Shown: positions 38,218 to 50,865 of the stretch, piece by piece
Layout of the letters: every line of letters begins with the position of its first letter
Numbering within the stretch: the stretch's first letter is position 1
Source of the DNA: Chiloscyllium plagiosum
Lineage: Eukaryota
Assembly: GCF_004010195.1 (NCBI RefSeq)
Contig: NC_057718.1
Coordinates: forward strand, 97,219,644 to 97,283,643
DNA: 64,000 bases
Reading direction: 5' to 3'
Program-made: the position numbers and the translations under genes
Notes under the pieces: generated by a model
What the model saw: only the letters and a program-made list of their open reading frames with translations
Database searches by the model: none
What the model was told of the DNA's origin: nothing

Positions 38218-39129
38218 GTTTGCTATTATGAACTGTTTACAATGCAGGATATGGAATCTCTGAAATAATCTCTTGCAAGGCCTCTTGTGGAAATATCATC
38301 CAAAAGTACAGTACAAGGAGTAAACAGTCACTCGATTGTTCTTGGCATGTAATTGTGTTTACAGTGTAAGAATCAAACAGTTCAAAAGGTTCATCTCGGC
38401 TTCATAACAACACCTTCCGTTTAAACAAGAGAATGGAAAGTACCACAAACATTGTGACCCAGCCTGACCATGCCGGACTACCTACCTCTGCTGTTAGTTC
38501 TCACATTAAAAGAAACAGGATAACTTAGAAGTTGGGGGAAATAAAATTGAACAAAGAATTTTCAGTGATGCATTTTGTGCCAGGTTTGCTTTCTTGATCC
38601 TGAGATATTTAACTTTTTGGAATATATTTTAATGCCTGCTGTATGTGATTCAGATAATAGGCTGTATTGGTGCTAGTAATTCTCCTTCATTTTGTGATTG
38701 GTTTCTTTTTTATAATCCTCTTGCAAGGGACGAACTGTGATGCATCCTCCTATAATGGGACTGGCACATGGATCTCCCTTCAGCGCTCGCTCACAGTGAT
38801 CCTTAACTCCAGATGGATTGCCGTGCCTCACTGATACACCTTAAAGAGTCTAGCTATGAACCAATCCAGAATTAATTGACCTGAGTGGAAAGCATTACGT
38901 TGTGGAGCAATTTTGGACTTTTAATTGTGTTGCACTTTAGAGATGCAAATTTTACGAACAATTGAGACAAAATGAAAACAGAATGGACCCTTCATGTCCA
39001 AGTCAGTCCCCTAACACCTATCAACTCCAATCCCATTTCCCAGCCCTTCCCCTACAGCTTTGTCGCTATCTCCTCATCAACCTGTTCAAAGGTGTTTTTA
39101 CACACTTCTGCAAAAGGTGGAACTTGAAC

Positions 39130-39255
39130 ATTCCTGATGAAGGGCTCATGTCCAACACGTCAATTCTCCTGCTCCTCAGTTGCTGCCTGAGCTGCTGTGC
39201 TTTTCCAGCACTACACTTTTCTAATCTCTGGCATCTGCAGTCCTCACTTTCTCCG
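39130..39255 (+). mobile_element. Solo PLE terminus, family A, with decayed hammerhead
   Basis: ATTCCTGATGAAGGGC..ACGTC followed by the terminus to CTGCAGTCCTCACTTTCTCC. Confidence 0.75.
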
Positions 39256-39834
39256 TATGGTTTGAGACACAGTTTCACTGAGGCCTCACTCATAACACAA
39301 GAGTACTTGGATGGAAAATGGAGTCACTGATTATAGGGATAGGATACAATTGTAAACCGTTGTAATTCGGATCGATACACACTAGTTTTGGAAGCTGTGC
39401 ATGGCTCTCACTGCTGGTACTGAGCTCCATTGGTGGAGGAAGTGGATGTGGTGCCAATCACATGGGGTCCTTTGCTCTTGAACAGTGTCAACTTTCTTGA
39501 GTCCTCATCCAGGCAAGTAGGGCGTTTCCACATTTCTGACTTGTGCCTTGTAGATGGTGGACATGTTTTGGAGAGTCAAGAGGTGGGTTACTTGCCATAG
39601 AATTCTAAGCATCTGATCTGCTCTTGTTGCTCCTGGTTGTCCCCGTCAGTTTCTCGTCAATAAGATGTCCAGAGTGGGGCAATTCAGTGATCATAATACC
39701 ATTGAATGTCAATAGGCTAGACTGGATGAGGTTAGCAGATTTCCCTTCCTTAAAGGCCCAGTGGGCCACACAAGTTTCGACCGCAATTAACTGTGGTTAT
39801 GTGGTCACCAATACTGTCATTCCAATTGATTAAC

Positions 39835-40583
39835 TGTTATGGCACGGCGGTGAACCTTTCTGTTAATTAAACCAAACATCCAGCAAGGCTCACCTCACCT
39901 TGTAATCTGTGAAAGTGTGAGTGACAGAGAACTCCCCAAATTCCACGGTTTAAAGAAAAATATCAATTTTATTCTTTAACTCTAAAAGTGAACATTAAAC
40001 AACAACTCTAAACTTCCTTTCTCTTAACGGTCTGTTATCTAACTCCAATTCAATATCAATATACTGATTCAATAAAAGCCCCTATTAAATTTATATCAAT
40101 GCAATTTTCAAAACCAGGCAGCAGCTATCATTGTCAGTGTCTGTCATCCTCTGGCTGTAGATCTCCTTGGGTCATATTCTGTTTTTTGCTGCAGAGATGT
40201 TTCATATGAGAAAATGATCTTTGATAGGGGGTGCTCTGAATGGCAGTCACTCTCTGTGGATGGCAGGTTGTCATTCTCATTGGCTAACTCTCAAAAAGCT
40301 GACTTATTTATACCCCAAACCTCGGATCGTCTCATTGGTTTGATGTTGTTAAAACAGTAAAATTCAAATTCGATTGGGGTTTTAGTATCCTGGGGCATAA
40401 TTTAAACTGATTGATAAAATTCAAATTGTTGTGAACATAGCAGCCAAATGTTACATATTTTCAATTTGCTAGGACACTCTGAGACAGCTAGTCAGTCACA
40501 TGACAGGTGCCTGCAAACTCTCACTGCCAAAACAACCTCTACTCTCACTTAAAGGTATAGTGCATGTCTTCAACTTCATACCA
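39835..40583 (-). mobile_element. Solo LTR (Gypsy-like, 749 bp)
   Basis: TGTTATG...CATACCA termini; 4-bp TSD TAAC at 39831-39834 and 40584-40587; minus-strand TATAAATAA near 40304-40312 and AATAAA near 39968; splits a SINE family 2 copy. Confidence 0.75.
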
Positions 40584-41749
40584 TAACATATTTTAAAATC
40601 CATCTGTCACCACGGTGGGATTTGAACCCATGAGCCCAAAACATTCACCTGGGCCTCTGGATGACTAATCCAGACCATTACAAGTATGTCACCATGCCTG
40701 CAAATGGGCAAGTCTGCCTCATAAAGTAGATGCTGAAAAAAAAGTGTGCTGAAGAAGAGCTGGAAATTCTTCAAATGTCCTTTCACGTAATCTCCTCTCT
40801 CAACAGACATGCTGAAAGAGCAATTAACTGAGAATTTAGTGTCTGTGGGATCTTGCTGTTCACTCATTGTGGTCATATAGGCAGAGAAAAGGTGCCCACG
40901 ATGGCACTTCATTGTGAGTTTGATCTGGGTGGTGCTTTCCCACAACATTTTATAATCGGGATTGTGTTTTGATACACCTATGTTTAAATGGAGGTGAGTC
41001 CAATTGTCATCAGGCCTTTCAGACACCTAAGATCCACTCAGGCATCCAAGATGGAGTCCTGAGGTGAAACATCACTGAGAGCAAGATACTATCCTGTTAA
41101 AGCAGTTGAAGCTTATATTAGTGATGGTTGCCACAGGGGTAATTTAGCTTCTCATTGCCACTGAAATTGCCCTTTCTAAGTGCTTGTTAACAAGGCTGGT
41201 TGGTATTTTGTGGATAACGTTTGACCCAATGCCATTTCCTAATTGCGTTCACCTGATTGACTGAGAACCGGTCTCTGTGAGAATTTTCAGCATTACTTGA
41301 AGGGCTTTTGCCTTTTATTGTTCACTTTACGATGGAAGACCGAAGAGGATTTTTGCAACACGTGGAGAGACTTACTGGATACTCTGGCGACTCTGTATCG
41401 GCATTTATTCTGCAAATTCTCTGACAACTTAAACTGCAAAGAGTCATGGCTGTCTTGCTGTAGAACATCTTACAGGAGTTAATGGGAAGAAGGGAATGGG
41501 CTGTTCCTCATGATTTTGCAAAGTCTTCTCGCCTTGGTCTGCAAACAAAACGGAAGGAGAGGATAAGGCCAAGTTGAACAACAGTGGTACTTCATGTGAG
41601 AGGGAGTGAGTGGGGAATAGGTGGTCCTCCTCCATCAAGAACTCCACTGTCAGGATTGAGATCCTGTGCCGGCCCTCAGCCGGTCACCAGAATTCTGCCG
41701 CAGTGTGTCACCTGCGCATCCCACACCTTCAGTGCATAGAAGTGCGTGG

Positions 41750-42232
41750 AGTCATAGAGATGTACAGCACAGAAACAGACCCTTTGGTCCAACTTGTCCA
41801 TGCCGACCAGATATCTTAAATTAATCTAGTCCCATTTGCCATCATTTGGCCCATATCTCTCTAAACCTTTCCTTTTTATGTTGTAATTGTACCAGCCTCC
41901 ACCACTTCCTCTGGCAGCTCATTCCATGCACGACCACACTCTGCGTGAAAAAGTTGCCCCTTGGTCCCTTTTAAATCTTTTCCCTTTCACCTTAGACCTA
42001 TGCGCTCTAGTCTTGGACTCCCCGAACCTGAGGAAAAGACCCTGGATATTCAATCTATCCAAGCCCCTCATGATTTTATGGACTTCTATCAGGTCACCCC
42101 TCAGTCTCTGACACTCCAGGGAAAACAGCCCCAGCCTTATCCTCCCTCCAAACCTGGCAACATCCTTGTCAATCTTTTCTGCACATTTTCAAGTTTCCCA
42201 ACATCTTTCCTGCAGCAGGGAGACCAGAACTG
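41750..42232 (-). mobile_element. HER1-like LINE 3' fragment
   Basis: GAGTCATAGAGATGTACAGCAC tail and ORF2 3' end. Confidence 0.85.
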
Positions 42233-43483
42233 AATGCTGTTTTCCCCCAACGGACATTGTGTAGAATCTGTAGATGTTTCACTGTTTTAGCATCGCTGTG
42301 CAAGTTCAAGTTACGGCGATCACTGATTGACCAAAGTTCCCAGCCTTTCAAAACCATAAGCCCATAAGGCAAAGGAATGGTGGTAGGCCAATGAGCTCAT
42401 CGAATTTACTCTGCCATTCAGTGAGACCATGGCTGACCTGTAGTCCTCAACCTTACTTCCCTATCTTTTCTGCACAGTGTTTGAAAGATGCAGGCCATTT
42501 ACTGATGTCTTTTTGTTTTCCAACTGGCTTGTGTGCTATTTAGGAGACAATGCACTGTTTTACAGCACTGAGTTTGAGATTCAATTCAGCCATTGAATGC
42601 ATGGAGCTTAAATGGGAAAACCCTGTTTTGGTAACACTGCAGATGCCAGTACATACAAACACTTACAGACTTACCGAATTGTGTTTCTAATAGCTGAGAC
42701 TGTTGACTTTGGAGTTAGGTGTGTTTTTTTTATTATGCAATATCATCCATATTGGAAGCTATTATTCTTCTTTAAAATGCTTCTGTGATTAAACATTTTA
42801 AGTGGACCTTCAATGCCAGGATTGAGATGATCGTTCCTTTGTTTCCTTTGAAAAATACTGTTCCCAAGTGTGTGTCCCAGCATCTGGAATGTCACCAAAA
42901 TAGGACTTGCCAGTTTAAGCTCAGTGCTGAATTGAACTTCAAGGCAAGAAGCTTTAAGACAGAAAATCTTCTCCGAATTAGTTACAGTCCAATCAATTGG
43001 CTTTCTTCTGTGAGAGAGTACAATGGCTTTGATCTAATGTGAAATCTTTTACACATTCGGATAATAGTTCAGCTGCAACAAAATTGAAAAGAATGGATGA
43101 GAAGTCAAATGCCTTTTCAAATACCGATATTGGAAAGGTTCCATCACTCGAGTCTAACAGAATTAGTAATGTTTTCCTTTGAAATCTGAATGAATGAATG
43201 GCACAACATCAAAAGAGGGTAGAGTCTGTGACACAGTAGGATGTTCAGTGGAGCCTCAGGAAATCTGGTTAAGAAGATAAACTCGATTAAGAAGTAAGGT
43301 AACTATGGTCAAACCGGACAATAGGGGCGGCTCTCTTATTAAAGGGGTTTCATCTGAGGGTCACCTCGCCTCTGGCAAGGGGAGAGTTGAGAAGGAGAGT
43401 CCATTGTTGTAATCTCAACCAAGTATGGGAATTGAACCCATGCTGCTGGTATCTCAAACTGGCTAGCCAGTTAGCTGAGCTAA

Positions 43484-43708
43484 GTCGAGAGTGCGTTGCT
43501 GGAAAAGCGCAGCAGGTCAGGCAAGCATACGAGGAGCAGGAGAATAGACGTTTCAGGCCGGAGCCCTTCATCAGCAACTTTCCTGGTGAAGGGCTCTGGC
43601 CTGAAATGTTGATTTTCCGGCCCCTCGGATGCTGCCTGACCTGCTGTGCTTTTCTAGGAACACACTCTCGACTCTGATCTCCAGCATCTGCAGTCCTCAC
43701 TTTCTCCT
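43484..43708. mobile_element. PLE-terminus fold-back insertion, family A
   Basis: Inverted arms; 15-bp TSD AGTTAGCTGAGCTAA at 43469-43483 and 43709-43723; minus-strand hammerhead core at 43547-43574. Confidence 0.88.
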
Positions 43709-44519
43709 AGTTAGCTGAGCTAACCAGCACCACCAAGAATTGTGGATGGCTCAATCTAATTGCCACTGAGCTGATCTTACACACCCAGTGTGTTCAACTT
43801 AGTGTTTAAGTGTTCATCTTAAACACTTGCACCATGTTTATACTAAAATACACAAAATTAATACTTAGACAAAAAGAACAACTGGTGTGACCAGCCTTCC
43901 CCAAGCCCTATGATAGCTCAAGCATCAGAAATAAATATACAGACTTCATGCCCATCGTTGCTCTGCCTCCACAGTTCCTGAGAGAGGTGAAAGAAAGAAT
44001 CAAAGGCCAAATAACAACAAGTTACATTTGCCTAGCACTTTCCATGCAGCACAACACCTCCAGAGTTCTTCGCAGGAGCTTAACAAAGCAAAATTAGGCA
44101 TCGAGTCCGCTTTAGGAGTATTTCAGTCAGATGACCAAAAACCTGGTCAAAGCGATGGAGGTGAAAGGACGGTCTGAGAGAAGGAAAGCCTGGATGAAGA
44201 GCATGGCAAGGATCCTATGGCACAGTTACCAGTGGTGGGCTGATTAAAGTTGGTGATGCACAAGAAGCCAGGATCAGATGAGTTTAGATATCCCGGTGGC
44301 TTGTGGGCTTTGAGGAGAAGGCAAAGCGAGGGAATTGTAAAGAAGGATGAAATTTTTAGATGTTGCTTGAACAGGAGCTAAAGTGGCCTGGAACAGGGGG
44401 ATAGAGTGAATGGAAAGTAGCAACAAAGCTTTGACCATGTTAAGTGTACAGGGAAATGGCACATTAAAGACCAACTGGGATTTACATGGGAGGGTGCGGG
44501 GGGGAGGGGGTTGCAAGGT

Positions 44520-44790
44520 TGATGGCCTAGTGGTATTTTATATCTGGACTGTTTATCCAGAGACCCAGCTAATGTTCTGGGGACCCAGCTTTGACTCTCT
44601 CCATGGCTGATGGTGGAATTTGAATTCACTAAAAATCTGGAAGTTGGACTTTAATTTTGAACTCATTGTCAATTGTCGGAAACACCCATCTGGTTCACTC
44701 ATGTCCTTGAGGGAAGGAAACTGCCATCCTGACCTGGTCTGGCCTACATGTGACAACAATGTGGCTGACTCTTAAATTGCCCTCTGAGTG
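44520..44790 (+). mobile_element. tRNA-derived SINE family 2
   Basis: CCCATCTGGTTCACTCATGTCCTTGAGGGAAGGAAACTGCC..GGCCTACATGTGAC. Confidence 0.75.
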
Positions 44791-44870
44791 AATTAAAACA
44801 AAACAAAGTCATTGGAACAGTCAAGTGTAGATGTAATGGAAGAACAAATGGGTTCTATGCCCAAATGCAG

Positions 44871-45049
44871 CAAAGTTAAAAATCACACAACACCAGGTTA
44901 TAGTCCAGCAGGTTTAGTTGAAAGCACTAGCTTTCGGAGCGCTATTCCTTCATCAAGTAGCTTCCAGATAAACCTGTTGGACTATAACCTGGTGCTGTGT
45001 GATTTTTAACTTTGTCCACCCCAGTCCAACACCAGCTCCTCCACATCAT
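44871..45049. mobile_element. PLE-terminus fold-back insertion, family B
   Basis: Inverted arms; imperfect TSD ATGCAGCAA / ATGCAACAA. Confidence 0.8.
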
Positions 45050-45071
45050 ATGCAACAAGACCTGGACAATA

Positions 45072-45176
45072 GTCGAAAAGTGTAGTGCTGGAAAAGCACA
45101 GCAGGTCAGGCAGCATCCGAGGAGCAGGAGAGTCAACGTTTTGGGCCACGCCCTTCAGCAGGAATGCCTGATCAGG
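45072..45176 (-). mobile_element. Solo PLE terminus, family A
   Basis: 15-bp TSD AAGACCTGGACAATA at 45057-45071 and 45177-45191; decayed hammerhead. Confidence 0.8.
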
Positions 45177-46010
45177 AAGACCTGGACAATATCCAAGTTT
45201 AGGCTGAAAAGTGGCCAGTGACATTTGCACCACAGAGGAGCTGAACACTGACGATCTCCAAGAAGGGAGAATCGCACCATCACCCCTTGACATTCAATAG
45301 CATTGCGATCACTGAATGCACCTGACACCAACATCCTTGGGGTCACCATCATGTGCTTAAAAATGTGTTGCTGGAAAACTCAAGAGCAGGTCAGAGGCTA
45401 GGAGTCCTGCAGTGAGTAACTCCCGCCCCCCCCCAACAACTGTTCCCTTTCATTGTCTTCCTGACTGTGCGGGCCTTCGAGGGTGATGCCTGGCACTACC
45501 TTCTGGAACCAAAAGCCAATACTCTGATAGGCATGCTGATGCCGATCAGCATGTGTGGAACGTCGGAGCGGCTGTGCACCTATGCAGCCATGCTGTGTAG
45601 AGGGAATGCTGCTCCTGACTCTCCATGGCCTGTCCACCATCTACATGGCACAAGTCAGGAGTGGGATGGAATACACCCCACTTATCTGAATGGGTGCAGC
45701 TCCAGCAACACTCAGGAAGCTCAGCAGCATGTGCCGTCTACATGACACACAGCAGAACTTCATGCACCCTACAAACTTAAGCACCCTCCAAACCCACTTC
45801 CATCCAGAAGGACAAGGGCAGCAGATACATGGGAGCACCACCCCCCTGCAAGTTCCCCTCCTAGCCACTCACCACCCTGACCTGACCGTTCCTTCAGGAT
45901 TGCAACATCAAAGTCCTGGACCACCCTTCCTAATGGGACTGTAAATCTTCCTCAGCCAGAAGGACTATATTGGTTCAAAAGAAGGCAGCTCACCACCACC
46001 TTCTCAAGAG
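45177..46010 (+). mobile_element. Second CR1/L2-group LINE 3' fragment (rearranged)
   Basis: CCACCATCTACATGGCACAAGTCAGGAGTG..CAGCTCCAGCAACACTCAGGAAGCT..AAGGCAGCTCACCACCACCTTCTCAAG. Confidence 0.7.
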
Positions 46011-46017
46011 CACAAAC

Positions 46018-46525
46018 GTAGAAATTGTTGGAAAAGCTCAGCAGGTCTGGCAGCATCTGTGGAGAGAAATCCACAGATTTCTCCAGTGACCCTTCCTCAG
46101 TTCTGATTTCTCTCCACAGATTAGATTAGATTAGATTACATTACAGTGTGGAAACAGGCCCTTCAGCCCAACAAGTCCACACCGACCCGCCGAAGCGAAA
46201 CCCACCCACACCCCTACATTTACCCCTTACCTAACACTACGGGCAATTTGTATGGCCAATTCACCTGACCCTGCACATCTTTGGATGGTGGGAGGAAACC
46301 GGAGCACCCGGAGGAAACCCACGCAGACACGGGGAGAATGTGCAAACTCCACACAGTCAGTCGCCTCAGGCGGGAATTGAACCCGGGTCTCTGGCGCTGT
46401 GAGGCAGCAGTGCTAACCACTGTGCCACCGTGCTGCCCTAGATGTTGCCAGACCTGCTGGGCTTTTCCAGCAATTTCTGTTGTTGTTTCTGATATTAAAG
46501 CATCCGCAGTTTTTTTGGTTTTTAC
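46018..46525. mobile_element. PLE-terminus fold-back, family C, with HE1 inserted in the right arm
   Basis: AGAAATTGTTGGAAAAGCTCAGCAGGTCTGGCAGCATCTGTGGAGAGAAATC versus its complement on both sides of HE1; minus-strand CTGAGGA-AGGGTC remnant near 46086-46100. Confidence 0.7.
46120..46438 (-). mobile_element. HE1 V-SINE, young full-length copy
   Basis: Complete GGGCAGCACGGTGGCACAGTGG head, CpG-rich body, (AATCT)n tail. Confidence 0.92.
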
Positions 46526-46719
46526 CTTCTCAAACGCAACTGGATAGGAGTGACAACTTTGCAGGAACGAGTAAGAAACAACAAAGGTTTTTGAGCAAAG
46601 GTTTTGCTGAAATGCTTACATTTGTCGTTTGTGCATTTTCCTCTTTTAAAAGCTTCAGTGACAATCGTTGTTCCTTTTACTCTCCGACCATAAGCAAATT
46701 GGAGCTCTTAACTATTTAA

Positions 46720-46875
46720 ATTGAATTGAATCGAATTGAATTTATTGTCACGTGTACCGAGACACAGTGAAAAGCTTGGTCTTGTGAGCAATACAGGCAG
46801 ATCACAGAGTTAAGTAGCATAGATAGTAAATAATAGGTAAACAGCGGCAAAAACATAAACACAGGTACAGGCTGC
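46720..46875 (-). mobile_element. Rex1-type LINE tail
   Basis: Complement of AAGCTTTTCACTGTGTCTCGGTACACGTGACAATAAA(TTCAA)n. Confidence 0.65.
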
Positions 46876-48119
46876 TATGTACATGGGGTACGTATCAAGT
46901 ATTGCACAAGAGCATGGACAGCGAACTGCCTTCTTGTGTTTACATAGTCTTACAAACTGGTGTTACTCAAATATATTTCAGAAGGTGTTAAAGTGTTTTC
47001 ACAATCCTGACAACACTTGGACATACTGTCTTAATCATTAATCATGCTCAGTCTGCACTCTCGTGACTATCGTGCAACTATCTTTGTTGTGCCTGTGGAA
47101 TTACATAATTGACTTAGTCAGAATGCATCATCCTTTCACGGATCTGTACCAAACTTTGATAATTTTAGCCTTTATAATGTCTGATATCCCCTTTCTTTCA
47201 TATAGGATTGAAGAATGCATTTTGTGCAAAATGGTACTCTTGTATTCGATGAATTTATCGATATGAATAGATAAGTCATATCTCAAATTTGTTCCCCTTT
47301 AATGTTTAGCCAGCACTAGTAAATAACGTTCCTTGTTTTGATGCATTGAGCAAATTAATTAAATAATTTGAACTCTGATCTGTTTCTGTGTCCGAAGTTA
47401 CTCCCAATGCTAGTTTAAAATGTGGTGCCTCAGGATGTGCACTTTTGAAAAGGGGACAGTAATTTAGATACTCCGCTGTCTGAGGCTTGTCGCTTCAAGC
47501 TCATAAAATGTGCAGTGATTTTAATTGGAACCAACAGCAGTGTTCCATCTCCAGAAACATTATTATCAATGATGAAGCTATTAACCTGGGCTTTTCTGTT
47601 GCAATAAAGCTGAAACTGATAGTACAAACTGATAACAACCTCCGACATGCATAAACTCACATTTGGTTGCTGCAATTCAGATGTTACTGCAGTATTACCA
47701 TCCTACTCCATAGGATGTGCTATTGCAGTCCAAGCTGACAGAATTGGCACTGAAATCAATACAGTGCATTAATCTGAGGCAATTCCTCAGTACTCTTACA
47801 CTTAAAATATCTGGAAGAGTTAGAGTGAGGAAATGCAGGAGTAGCTGAGTTTTTAATGGCATAACAAATATAATGACATTTCTTTTGAACAACCTCTCTG
47901 ACACTGAAACGTTACTTTTCCAAGTGCGAAGCTGCATTCTGTCTGGAAAAAAAGGTTGCAGAGTTAAAAGCAAAATGAGTTTTGGGTGTAATTTTTTTTT
48001 CTCTGCTTATCCCTTTGATTTCTCGACCTTAATCACGACTGTGTATTCCAACCTTTAGCTTATAATGATGGAAATACTTTTAAAAAAGTCTCTTCATGGG
48101 TAGTGTGGCCCAACATAAA

Positions 48120-48545
48120 TGGCCTCAAGAGGTGCCTTCATGAACTACTGCAGTCCATATAATATTGGCAAGTGACAGGATTTAGAAACATTGACCGTGA
48201 AGCAGGAAGGATGTTGGGGTGTGTGTGTGTGTATGTAAGACGCTGTACAAGGAAGCTCATTGAGTTACTGCAGTGCATTTTGTATTGGGTACACTCCACT
48301 GCGGCATCAGTGATGGTGGAATTGAATGTTGATGGATAGGTGCCAATCAAGAGGACTCCTTTGACCTGGATGGTGTTGAGCTTCTTCAGCGCAGTTCGAC
48401 CCTTACTCACCCAGGCAGGTGGACGGTATTTTCCTGCACTCCTTGACACATGTCATGTAAGTGGTGGACAGGCTTTGGGGAGTCAGGAGGTGAATTATCC
48501 GCTGCAAATTGTCAGCCTCTGACCTGCTGCTGTAGCTATTGTATT
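48120..48545 (-). mobile_element. Second CR1/L2-group LINE fragment
   Basis: ALKKLNTIQVKGVLLIG; similar to 10290-11880. Confidence 0.65.
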
Positions 48546-48558
48546 TACCATTGAACAG

Positions 48559-49269
48559 CCTTATATACTTGATTAGATTAGATTCCCTACAGTGTGGAGA
48601 CAGGCTATTCGGCCCAACCAGTCCACACTGACCCTCTAAAGAGTAACCTTCCCAGACCCATTTCCCTCTGACACTATGGGCAATTTAGTATGGCCAATTC
48701 ACCTAACCTGCACATCTTTGGACTGTGGGAGGAAACCGGAGCACCCAGAGGAAATTGACGCAGACACAGGGAGAATGTGCAAACTCCTCACAGACAGTTG
48801 ACCGAGAGGGGAATTGAACCTGGGACCCTGGTTTTGTGAGGCAGCAGTGCTAACCATTGAGCCACTGTGCAAGTGATAGTCGAATTTCTTTGACTACTTT
48901 TTAAGGTTAAATTTATGGGGTCAACTATTACATGGATACTACTTTTCAGGACCCTTCATACCGTATCATGAGCAAAAGCCCAACTGATTTCTAAACGAAT
49001 AAAGAAAAGAATTATGGTAATTCTGAAAACCCGGATTGGAGCAAAACAGCCAGCAGACTGGAAGATCAGGAGCTGAGTGGAATAACTGGCAGACTGGAAA
49101 CCTGGAGCGGGACGTGACGGCTGGCACACTGACTCATAAACGTTGATCTGTTATCTGTGAATATCTAAGGTTGACTTTTACACAAGATATTTGGAAAATT
49201 CCAGGTTATTTGGTCAAAAATAAGGAGTCGACGTTTACATGAGATTGACCTTTACTCAAGTATATAAGG
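48559..49269. mobile_element. Tc1/mariner-pogo-type DNA transposon remnant containing an HE1
   Basis: Perfect 14-bp TIR CCTTATATACTTGA (48559-48572) / TCAAGTATATAAGG (49256-49269); TA follows the right end. Confidence 0.65.
48572..48871 (-). mobile_element. HE1 V-SINE
   Basis: Tail, V-domain and head on the minus strand. Confidence 0.88.
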
Positions 49270-49274
49270 TATAT

Positions 49275-49499
49275 AGGTGAAATTGGGTACTGCAGATGCT
49301 GGAGATTAGAGTCAAGATTAGAGTGGTGCTGGAAAAGCACAGCAGGTCAGGCAGCATCCGAGGAGCAGGAGAATCGACGTTTTGGGCAAAAGCCCTTCAT
49401 CAGGAATGATAAAGGGCTTTTGCCCAAAATGTCAATTTTCCTGCTCCTCGGATGCTGCCTGATCTGCTGTGCTTTTCCAGCACCACTCTAATCTTGACT
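49275..49499. mobile_element. PLE-terminus fold-back insertion, family A
   Basis: Inverted arms of about 90 bp; TATATAGG at 49270-49277 and 49499-49506; both hammerheads have GAAA changed to AAAA. Confidence 0.85.
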
Positions 49500-49567
49500 A
49501 TATAGGCTATGCTGCCATTCAGTAGTAACCTCCACGATGTTGGTCTTGGAGGAATTCAGTCGCACTC

Positions 49568-50270
49568 ATAAGAATAAGGAGCAGGAGTAGGATATTTGCC
49601 CTCTCCAGCACAGGCTTGCCATTCTGTCAGAGCATTGCTGATTTGCCCCAGGCCCCCAACTCCTATTTCGCATCAGCTACTCATAGCCTTCAAATCCCTG
49701 ATATTGTGAAAGTGGATCTACCTCCTTTCAAATACTTCCAGTGATCTAGCCTGCACAACTCTTTGGGATAGAGAATTCCAGGCATTCACAGCTCTCCAGG
49801 GGAAGAAATTCTTCCATATCTCAGTTTTAAATAAATATCTCCTCATTCTGTAACTGTTGTCCCTGGTGTGTTCCCACTATTGGAAACCTACCCTGGCTAT
49901 CCCCTCTCAATAAAGTCACCTCTCATTCTTGTAAAATCTGATGACAAAAAGCTCAGCTATTTAGCCATTCTTTGTGATGTGAGTCAACTCCTATATCCCA
50001 GGAATCAGCTGAGTGAATTGATTCTGGACCACCTCCAAACGTACATCCTTTCTTAAACACAGGGGCTAATACTGCATACAATACTCCAGATGAGATCTCG
50101 CCAATACCCTGTACAGTTGTAACAAGACTTCACTATTGTTAAACTCCAACCACCACCCCCCACCCCCCCACGCCCCAGCAATAAAGGCCAAAATGCCATT
50201 TGATTGCTTGGTGCACCCACACGCTAACCTCTTTCCATGCACAAGAACACCTACATCCGTCTGTGCTGCA
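49568..50270 (-). mobile_element. Old CR1-clade LINE 3' fragment
   Basis: CATAAGAATAAGGAGCAGGAGTAGG tail and decayed ORF2 3' end. Confidence 0.65.
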
Positions 50271-50271
50271 T

Positions 50272-50865
50272 GTCATAGAGTCATAGAGATGTACTGAAAA
50301 ATGTGTTGCTGGAAAAGCGCAGAGGGTCAGGCAGCATCCAAGGAGCAGGAGAATCGACGTTTCAGGCATATGCTGCACTTTTCCAGCAACACAATTTTCA
50401 GCTCTGATTTCCAGCATCTGCAGTCCTCACTTTCTCCTCATAGAGATGTACAGCATGGAAACAGACCCTTCGGTCCAACCCGTCCATGCCGACCAGATAT
50501 CCCAACCCAATCTAGTCCCACCTGCCAGCACCCAGCCCCTATCCCTCCAAACCCTTCCTATTCATATACCCATCCAAATGCCTCTTAAAAAGTTAAGAGG
50601 CATTTATACCAGCCTCCACCACTTCCTCTGGCAGCTCATTGCATACACCCTCTGCATGAAAAAGTTACCCCTTAGGTCTCTATTATATCTTTCGCCTCTC
50701 ACCCTAAACCTATGCCCTCTAGTTCTGGACTCCCCGACCGCAGGGAAAAGACTTTGCCTATTTACCTTATCCATGCCCCTCATAATTTTGTAAACCTCTA
50801 TAAGGTCATCCCTCAGCCTCCGACGCTCCAGGGAAAACAGCCCCAGCCTGTTCAGCCTCTCCTTG
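50272..50865 (-). mobile_element. HER1-like LINE 3' fragment with a PLE insertion in its tail
   Basis: HER1 motifs as in other copies. Confidence 0.85.
50295..50438. mobile_element. PLE-terminus fold-back, family A (centre deleted)
   Basis: 14-bp TSD TCATAGAGATGTAC at 50281-50294 and 50438-50451. Confidence 0.82.

Noticed and set aside
46370..46438. tRNA genes at the SINE heads
   Set aside because: The A/B-box-like sequence continues into the V-domain and LINE-type tail, so these are tRNA-derived SINE heads and not tRNA genes.
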